Source: Adineta vaga
Lineage: Eukaryota; Animalia; Rotifera
Length of the DNA: 64,000 nucleotides
NCBI GenBank assembly: GCA_021613535.1
Contig: CP075493.1
Coordinates: 17,918,001 to 17,982,000 of the forward strand
Reading direction: 5' to 3'
In this document: in pieces, positions 54,901 to 64,000 of the stretch
Layout of the letters: the number at the start of each line of letters is the position of its first letter
How positions within the stretch are numbered: the stretch's first letter is position 1
Made by a program: the position numbers and the translations under genes
The notes under the pieces: generated by a model
Told to the model about the DNA's origin: nothing
The model's database searches: none
What the model saw: only the letters and a program-made list of their open reading frames with translations

Positions 54901-57900
54901 TACGATGCAGCGATCAGACTTCTGCGTCTTTTGCCCTACGCTCAATGAAATTCTTTCAGCACTAATGAGTAACTATGGATGTCGCTTTACAAGTCAGTGC
55001 AGGTATAACAAACATACAGCAGCTATCAACAATCATAGCAAAAAACAAACCCCGTCCGTAACTGCGACTCTACCCCGAGAGCACCATTGACATCAACTTT
55101 TTCCGCTGCCCTAACCCTTTCTACTTCAGCGAATCTGTGCTGTGATTCAAATGAAACAACTTTTTGCGCGATGTTCTGATTTCGAATATCCGAAGTACCA
55201 CTAGTAGTACATGAATATAGAAACAATTAATAAGAAAGAATGAAGGCTGACAATACGTACAAACAAAAAAACCGACAAAGATCACAAAAAAATATGCCAC
55301 GACGCATGAGGTACACATCTCTACCATACCTCGATTCTATTTGTTTCTTCTAGCACCGGCTTCCTTTGCTCAAGCTCGTATCTGGCTCGATGAACGACTT
55401 CGATTCGATCCAGACCATCCACAAGTGGCTATCTACAATATGCCTTTCGTCTATCGTCTTTCTCCACACGACACTCTCTCGATTCAACAACTTCATCATG
55501 CTCTACAACTTGTTGTCAACAAACATCCATCACTTCATACAGCACTCGTCTTTGATTCTGACAAACATCAACTCATTCAAAGAATTCTTTCTCACAAAGA
55601 TAACAACAACGACAACAGAACTCTCTTCTCCTTTACTCAAAGTACTTATGAAACAGATGAAGAACTCCATGATATCTTACATGATGAACGAAGAAACACG
55701 CAACATTTCGATCTCGATCATGGTCTTGTCTTTCGATGTCATCTCGTACATTACAAAGAGATTATCCCATCGAATGATCTTCTTTCTCATCAACATCTTC
55801 TCATCTTTAGTTTTCATCATGCTTTGTTTGATTTTCTATCGATGAACATCTTTCTTCATGATCTCAATCAAGCATATACCACAAGTCAATTATCCACTGA
55901 TGATGACTATACTACTCTTCGTTATTTCGATTGTATGTTATCCTAGCTTCTCATGTGTACTTTTCTTCTCTACCACATTTTCTTCTCTATTATATTCAGA
56001 TGCTGCCATCGAACAACAACTGTCAATGACTGGTGCACAGATGTTCTGGCAGGATACACTTCATGGTTGTCAACTCGATCAACCTCTTTCCTTACCCTAT
56101 GATCGACATCGTCTTTCGAATGAACATCGAACTGGTCGTGGAACATCGATTTCCTTCGATCTTGGTCAACATCTGTCACATGACCTTGTCACTTATGCAT
56201 CATCAAATCATATCGAACTAGAACATCTAGCTCTTGCAACCTACTATCTCTTCTTATTCAAACTGACCAATGGAGAACAAGATCTATGTATTGGAATGAA
56301 TACACATGGTCGATATCGAAATGAACTTCACTCAATCATTGGCATGTTTGTCAATGCTATACCAGTACGATGTCAACTAGATTCTTGTTGGTCTTTTGCT
56401 CAACTACTTGAACATATTCGATCGATGATAGTCAACTGTAGAAAATATTCATATTATCCACTTCAACGTATTCTCTCTCAATATCCTCATCTCTCACATC
56501 CTGCATTTCTCGATACATCATTCGAATTTATCTCATCATCATCATTATCGATGGGAAAAGATGATCGAAATGAGATTATGATTGGTGATAGTCGACTTTC
56601 TCTCCTATCTTTCGTTACGAATATCAATGAAGATGAAGTGATGAACAAGTTTGATTTCATTCTCAGGATTGATCATCATCTGATGACAAATGAACTGTCA
56701 TGCACCCTTTCTGCATCCAACGATTTGTTCAATGTAGAAACTATCTTCCAGATGGCACAAAGATTTCACACAGTAGTCCAACAACTATTCATATCTGTTG
56801 ATACAAGCATGAGGAAACTACTTTCTGAACAATCATTGATGTTGAACAATGAAAGATTACTCATACAATCAATCAATCATACACAAACATCTTTTCCTCC
56901 CGTGAAGTGTATTCATCATGAGTTTGTATGTCAAGTGATAAGACATCCACAGAAACTAGCTGTTGAACTCGATGATCAATCGTTGACATATGCTGAACTG
57001 TTGCACTATGTGCAACTATTATCGACACGTCTTCTAAGTGATTAAACATCCTTCCAGGTGAAGTGATTTGTCAATGTGTGGAGAGAAGCATATCAATGGT
57101 AAGTAGTTGATCAAAGACATGTGAATGTGAAGTAGAGATTGTTGTTGTTGTTGTTGTGGATGCATAGGTGATTGGAATGATGGCCATCGAAATGGTAGGT
57201 GGTGTTTATTGTCCATTATCACCTCGAGATCCTCAACATAGACTTCATGCACTCCTACAACAAACACAAGCTCGTCTAGTTCTTGTTCATTGGTTAACAG
57301 CAGACAAGTTTCACGATGCAATGGCTTCACTTGATATTAATATCATCTCCTTTGCGAATAATATGCGTCAGGCTGTTGATGTTCATCGTTGGGATGATGT
57401 CATAGTTACTCCCAGTCATGTGGCCTATATCATTTTCACTAGTGGTTCAACTGGAACACCTAAGGCGGTTTGTTGAGTCTCACTTCAGTTGTTACTATGT
57501 ATGAGTTTGCCTTTCGGTTTGTTGTTGTAGGCGCAGTTTCAACATCATCATTTCATGAGTTATATGCACACTTGGAGGTTCGCTGCAGCATATGATGGGA
57601 ATGACATGGCTATACAAGTGGCACGATGTTCATTCGATATTCATGTTCAAGAAATACTTGGTATCTTGACATGCGGAGCAACAGTGGTGATGCTTCATCC
57701 TCAAGGAACTCTAGATTTAGAATATCTGTCACACATCATGCATGAGAAACAAATCACATACCTGCACGCTGTACCTAGTTTAATTCAGAGTCTGTTCCCT
57801 TTTCTCGATCGCTCTCAAAGTTCGCATGCGGTAACGTATCTTCGATCAGTGTGTAGTATTGGTGAGTGATTGAAGAACAGAGTTGACTACTATGCTGATA

Positions 57901-60900
57901 TTCTGAACTAATCCCCTTCTAGGTGAACCATTCCCAGCCAAACAAATCGATCTAATCCGAAATGCTTGTATACAAAAGTGTACTGTATGTAATCTCTATG
58001 GTCCAGCAGAAATAACCATTGGTTGTACCTTGTTTCATGTTGACGTCACATCAAAAGCGGTTGTTATCCCGCTCGGCAAACCACTCCCTAGTTACAGATG
58101 TCTAGTTTTGGATCATTCCATACAACCTGTTGCATTGTATCAACAAGGTGAACTGTGCGTAGGAGGCGTAGGTGTGTTTGTTGGATATCTTGGACGAGAT
58201 GATCTCACAGCCAAGGCACTCATCGAAATTGATGGTGAACTATTCTATCGAACAGGTGACCTCGTTCGAATGGATCATCAAGGTTTTCTTCATTACATTG
58301 GTCGACAAGATCATCAAGTCAAACTTCGAGGACAACGCATTGAACTTGGTGAAATCGAACGATGCCTGCTCAGCATCTCTACCATCTCTGCATGTGTTGT
58401 CATCAAATGGAATGGTGATCATCTCGTGGCTTATGTTCAATGTTCTCATAACATACACGAACAGCAACTGAGAGAACATTGTCAATCTCATCTTCCACCA
58501 CATATGATTCCATCGTTCTTCGTCATCCTCGAACAACTACCTCTGAATGTCAATGGAAAGATCGATCGAAAACGGCTTCCTTCACCCGATGTCTCGCATC
58601 TGTCTTCATCAGCACATCATACGAATGACGACAATAATGAATTCTCACAACCAACCAATGACATCGAACAGATCATTCATGACATGTGGTGTGATATTCT
58701 TCATCAAAAACAGATCTCCATCAGCACCAGTCTTTTCACCATCGGTGGTCATTCTCTCCTAGTCATGCAACTCTTTCATCGATACAAGATCGACTTTCAT
58801 CTAGAATCGAGTTCTTCCTTTTCCATCTCTACTTTTTTTCAACATCCAACCATCAAAGAACATGCTCATCTCATTCATCAGACTCGCAACATCCACACCG
58901 AAGATGTCGATCATCATCAATGGCTCCCACTACATGTCACTCGAGGTAGTTTACATCATGTATTTGTCTTCATCATCCACTCCCTTTTCTGTTTGTGTTC
59001 TAGCAAGAGCATCCTATGCACAGGAACGTATCTTCTTAGATGAACACATTCGTTTCTCCTCATCCACAAATACCACCCATTATCGTATTCATCATAATAT
59101 CTATGTCATTCCATTATTGTATCGTCTCTCATCTTCTCATTCTCATCTTTCAATCTCAAGACTACGTTATGCACTGCATAGTCTCATCATCAGACACAAC
59201 ACTCTTCGAACAGCACTCTACCTAGATGATGTCGATGGTAGTATTGTACAAGAATGCTTCGATCAATCTCGCATTAGCAATGATATGATATCATGTCGAT
59301 TTATTGTTCTTGATCTTCACAACAATAACGATAAGGATTGCGAGCGACAGGAGATTGTCGAGGATATACTCAATCAAGTGGATCTCTTTGATCTATCTAA
59401 AGGACATGTCATCAATTGTCATCTTCTTCTCGGACATCATCCTTCTCCAGAGGATGATGATTTGTTGAATGAAAACGATTGGATCTTATTTACTCTCCAT
59501 CATGCAGCATTTGATGGAGCATCCACATCGATCTTTCTTCGTGATCTTGCTCTTGCTTATGATCAAGATGAGAACTTCTTGGTTGAGACTAATGCATTGC
59601 AATACATCGACTATTCTGTACATGAACATTGCATGGATATGACATTATCTCGACAATTCTGGCATGATCAACTGCAAGGATATGATCTGCAAAGTCGACT
59701 AGCATTGCCGGTTGATCGACATCGTGCTTCAGCTGATCAGCGCTCTGGACTGGCGTCATCTATTCAAGTGACACTCGATGATGACATATGTACATCCTTT
59801 CTTCACTATGCATCATCACATCATCTCACTCTCTTTCAACTTGGCTTAGCTACATTCTATGCATTTCTCTTTCGACTAACTCATGGTCACAGTGATCTAT
59901 GTGTATCTTCGATTAATGCTAATCGATATCGAAATGAACTTGTCAATATGATAGGCATGTTTGTGTCAACATTACCATATCGTCTTCACATCGATGATCA
60001 TCAATGGTCCTTTGGTGAACTTGTCCGACATGTGCAAGAGAAATGTGTATCTATTCTAGAACATTCTCATTATCCATTACAAGAACTCTTCTCTCACTTT
60101 CATGTCAATCAATCGAATGTTGGATTTCTCGAAACGGTGTTTGATCTAATACATGTGTCTCCTGAACAAACACAGTTATCTTTGGGTGAAACAAACTTAG
60201 AACAAATATCATCAGACATATCATATCGAATGGCGAAATTTGATATCATGTTCACATTGGTTTATGATCGAACATGGCATGATGAGCGATTATCATGCAG
60301 TTTTGTCTGTTCACAAGATTTGTTTGATCAGGCATCCGTTACACTTCTAAGTCAAAGACTAGTACACTTCTATCGGCAGCTGTTCTTATCTGATGGCGGT
60401 GGTGGTAGAATGGAGAGTTGGTCATTACCTTTATGTGATCTAGTTCTCATTCTACCGGAAGAAGCTAGAGAAATAGAAGACATTGTGTTTTGTCCACAAC
60501 TACATGTGATAGATGAAGGTATGTGTGATTGTTCGATGACTTTTGTTCAAATATGCACATGGATATCGGAGAAGATGCGAACTGTCTGTAGAGAAGTGTG
60601 CGAATATGTAAGAATCAACATGATACTTGAGAATGACATCTGATAAATGCTAAGAAAACGATGATATTAATAGATTATTTGTAGAAACTTTGCTGTCTAG
60701 CGGTTTAGCAGTAATTGGACTATTTCCTCAGTTGAGTGTTGTAGAGTGACGAGCAGTTTTTACTTCTGAAACATTTTCTTTCGTATTAAGTGTAATTCAT
60801 GAGAGTTTCTCTTGTCCTTTCTACTTATGCACATAAGTATAGGCTAAACATATTTCACAAGTGTATTCGTAAGAGGAAGACTGTCTGAAATGTTTCTGTC

Positions 60901-63900
60901 GTCGGCTACAAGATGCTATGCGTTTGGATGAGTGTCCCTCAGTGTGAATGGGGTTACACGCATGGAATAGACCCAGTTCGTATTTTGATGCGTTCTAGCA
61001 GGGAATTCGATTCGTTTTGCGCTTCTCTTCATGCATACAGAGGAGAACTAGTCGGTAGTTTTATCTACCTTCCTGGCTTTGTTTTCTGGTAAGAAGCGGA
61101 AATGATTTTGATCAGAGACAGAACTACTTATTATAAGATTACAAAAAACTACACATTAATCGCAAAACCATGATAAAAATAGTCATCTACAAACGGTACA
61201 GTGTGATTCGATGAAAGCTGGTATTATATAGTGAACTGAAATAAGAAGACAGGCCAGAGACTATCTGCGTAGTGTGATGGATTAAAAGAGCGAATTGAAA
61301 AACAAAAGAAGGATATCGAGCACCAAGGATGAAAAGCCACATCTATATAGGTGATAGCAACAAGTATCTTAATATACACATTTCAGTGTAAGATGTGTTG
61401 ATCATAAGTCATATGATTGTTTTGTTTCCTTGCTATCCTCAACTAAATACTTCATTGTTCCACACGCGCATTTTCCTGGATCTTTGTCTTTGTTTTCTTT
61501 CTTTCTCATTTCTATGTACACCAGTACAAACACACCTGTTCACCTCCAATCGACAATCCCTCTTCCACTTGAGCGACTAGTCTAAGACATGACATCGAAC
61601 CGACAGAACATACAACATTAGAATAAAAACTTCCATCACGGAAGTTCCATGTGGCAGCTTCCTACCAACCAATCATACAATGAAAACACAAGCGAAATTC
61701 AGTTAGATACCGTCTGATTCGACACATCAGCATGAAAATATTGTGAAGTAAACTGAGAAGCAAGTAGAATTGAACGAGATCACAGTGGGTTTCATTCTTG
61801 AAAATCAGAATCGTCGGCAACACAAATGCCAAGGAATAATTTATCGGGAACAAATTTATTGACCGGTTAAACAGATGAAATGATCAGTAATAAAATGGAT
61901 AAATGATCAGTTCGAAGTTTGAATGATCGGTGCTTAGAATAGCAGTAAATAATATGAAAATGATCAGTCTATAATATGAACCATCCGTAAAGACATCATA
62001 TTTATAACAGTAAAAAGTAGCAATTTGACAAGTAAAAAATCCAAATTTGATTAGTAAATAATGCATGTTGTACCAACAGAAAAAAAAGATCGATCTGTAA
62101 GACACACCCGAGCACGAGACGAAGAATCTAATTGAAGCCGTCTAAAATTCGAATCACTGCAGCATCAAAGCTGGTTTAGCTTTTGCTGGCCGGCCACTCT
62201 TTCGTTTTTCACCGATCGGCACTGTCTTGGCTGGTGATGGTGGTCTGCAGTACTTCAAGCGAATAGCCATCCCAACAACGTGCTTGCAAACATAGTTTTT
62301 CAAAAAGGCCGGGCAGTTGCATTTTGATTTCTTCCAGTCTGTATCATTCGGCATTTCTAAACACCATATATCATAGGATTTCTTGAACTGATTAAAGGTA
62401 GTCCATTTTCTATTGATATATTTATTTACATCAGTTTGTGTAATATCTTGTATATCACGAGCTGGTATATAATGTTTTTGAACCATCATTCGGATAGAAG
62501 ATTACATCTGTTGATGACTTGTCCATTGATATGAAGAAGTCCATAGCTTTAAACTTATCGTCGCTTCTATGACAAAAACTTTTGCATTTATTGAAGTGGA
62601 ATCACGTTCTATTGACCAGTTGTGAACAATCCTTGAAGCTATTGCTAAAAATCTCGATAAGACATAACGTTCTTGGAAAGTCCCTTCATCTTTTATTGTC
62701 TTGTTGGCTGTCTCCAGGATTTTGTTCGTAATCGGTGTATATAACTGGATACCTTCGTACCAACCGTTATTGGATTCAATCCATTCTTTGTCGAAATACG
62801 ACAGATTTTCTTGTTTCTGGTACGTCCTCCTCTACTAAATCACTTTCGTATGAAGCACCTCGTGCAGCTTCCATCGGTTTTACTTGTTAGCACCGAGATG
62901 GACGTGAAAGAAAGGATAGAAATAACGAATATGATGGCTGGATTTATAGTTGAATCTCGCGATTACAGAGAAATAAAAAAAAGTAGCCATCAGTCACTGT
63001 ACGACTTATTGCAATTTCTACAGTGATCCTTGCATATAATCTCCTAATAATGTATTTTATTTACTGATTATCAAATTAATTAACTATACAATCTCTTGAA
63101 CTACTGTTCCTTTATATTGTTTACTGACAGTTCAACTTCTTTACTGATCATTCATCCAATTAACTGATTTTGAAATATTTCATCTCACTGATCATACCAT
63201 ATTTTCTACTGATAAACTAAATCCATGCCTAATTTAACGGGATCGAGCCGCAACAAGTTTGCTTCGATTGAAACATGAATAAGGTTCAGACAAAAAAGAA
63301 TCATGGTCCCGTCAGATCTGAATCCATCGATATCATAAACCCATACCATTGTAGTATCCACTTAACTGTATTTAACTATACGATGAATGTTGGATCAAAG
63401 GCGACAGACAATCATTTTTGCAGTGCGATCGACCATGATCATGCTTCTTCTTCTTCTTCTCATTTGTTCTTTTTCATCGTCGCCATCGTCGTCGTAGCAC
63501 CAGCATCCTTTGCTCAAGCTCGTATCTGGCTCGATGAACGACTTCGATTCGATCCAGACCATCCACAAGTGGCTATCTACAATATGCCTTTCGTCTATCG
63601 TCTTTCTCCACACGACACTCTCTCGATTCAACAACTTCATCATGCTCTACAACTTGTTGTCAACAAACATCCATCACTTCATACAGCACTCGTCTTTGAT
63701 TCTGACAAACATCAACTCATTCAAAGAATTCTTTCTCACAAAGATAACAACAACGACAACAGAACTCTCTTCTCCTTTACTCAAAGTACTTATGAAACAG
63801 ATGAAGAACTCCATGATATCTTACATGATGAACGAAGAAACACGCAACATTTCGATCTCGATCATGGTCTTGTCTTTCGATGTCATCTCGTACATTACAA

Positions 63901-64000
63901 AGAGATTATCCCATCGAATGATCTTCTTTCTCATCAACATCTTCTCATCTTTAGTTTTCATCATGCTTTGTTTGATTTTCTATCGATGAACATCTTTCTT
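43111..64000 (+). CDS. Spliced multimodular non-ribosomal peptide synthetase: (half C)-A-T-Cy-A(Cys)-Ox-T-C-C-A-T-C-C...; incomplete at both ends, one frameshift
   Basis: Exons 43111-44195, 44253-44552, 44607-44937, 44995-50505, 50565-52025, 55354-55932, 56000-57098, 57168-57467, 57531-57861, 57923-58945, 59004-60518 and 63498->64000, all with GT-AG introns. Core motifs TSGSTG.PK, YGPAE, YRTGD, QIKLHGQRIELGEIE, NGKIDR, GG(H/N)S and HHxxxD. Confidence 0.93.
45987..50505 (+). CDS. NRPS module 2: heterocyclisation (Cy) domain, Cys-type A domain with embedded FMN oxidase-like insert, and T domain
   Basis: FPATEIQQAYLVGR, DLLILD (DxxxxD, 46404-46421), GDFTT, SISQTPQVFLD. A-domain code residues D-L-Y-N-L-S-L-I-W-K. 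Insert with PKYRYASAGNLYPVQVY and GLYYHNP. PCP FFELGGNS. Confidence 0.9.
50565..58945 (+). CDS. NRPS module 3: tandem C-C, A and T (frameshift at about 57043)
   Basis: C1 SFAQERIFLDE...FHHVAYD; C2 SFAQARIWLDE...FHHALFD; A YIIFTSGSTGTPKA and YRTGD; T LFTIGGHS. Confidence 0.88.
53450..53785 (-). mobile_element. 3' fragment of a Jockey/I-group-like LINE in an NRPS intron
   Basis: Minus strand translates LIRPVLTYGSSICL...LQIIQNKALRAALHLP, a typical post-RT LINE C-terminus. Confidence 0.7.
59004..64000 (+). CDS. NRPS module 4 start: C1 (HHAAFDG) and the first exon of C2; continues beyond the window
   Basis: SYAQERIFLDE...LHHAAFDGAS; intron 60519-63497; exon from 63498 APASFAQARIW...HHALFD. Confidence 0.88.
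61833..63224 (-). mobile_element. Internally deleted MULE with a SWIM zinc-finger transposase fragment, in an NRPS intron
   Basis: Minus strand YFDKEW...GWYEG...TNKILETANKTIK and CNCPAFLKNYVCKH (SWIM). ACTGATCA subterminal motifs in opposite orientation at both ends; imperfect GG...CC termini. Confidence 0.75.

Noticed and set aside
55366-55845. Identical 159-aa ORFs here and at 63510-63989 as a separate gene
   Set aside because: They are alternative-frame shadows of the duplicated NRPS C2 exon.
43111-64000. Bacterial contamination as the source of the NRPS
   Set aside because: Eleven canonical spliceosomal introns at repeated positions and eukaryotic TEs inside the introns.

Overview
AT-rich eukaryotic DNA with many short (about 55-80 nt) GT-AG introns. 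It is most likely a bdelloid rotifer, possibly a subtelomeric region; this is inferred from an intron-containing endonuclease-less Athena-type Penelope-like RT, a (CCCTCA)n tract and an intron-containing NRPS. Bases 1-43,000 are a dense, nested transposon graveyard: a spliced MULE transposase, hAT, RTE LINE, DD37D/maT mariner, piggyBac-like, hAT, MULE and pogo MITEs with TSDs, solo LTRs, a Helentron-like element, long palindromes and an Athena retroelement. Bases 43,111-64,000 hold a spliced multimodular non-ribosomal peptide synthetase running off the right end: (half C)-A-T | Cy-A(Cys)-Ox-T | C-C-A-T | C-C... The main finding is a bacterial-type heterocyclisation module (cyclisation domain, Cys-specific A domain with code DLYNLSLIWK, and an FMN-oxidase-like insert embedded in A, as in EpoB/MtaD). 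It lies in a single intron-free 5.5-kb exon grafted into otherwise intron-rich modules, so this is a candidate thiazole/thiazoline-peptide assembly line encoded by an animal genome. Caveats: the 5' end of the gene is not visible and module 3 carries a 1-nt frameshift. A 61-bp tandem array with a compensatory double change in its hairpin and a possible fossil telomere junction are also worth follow-up.
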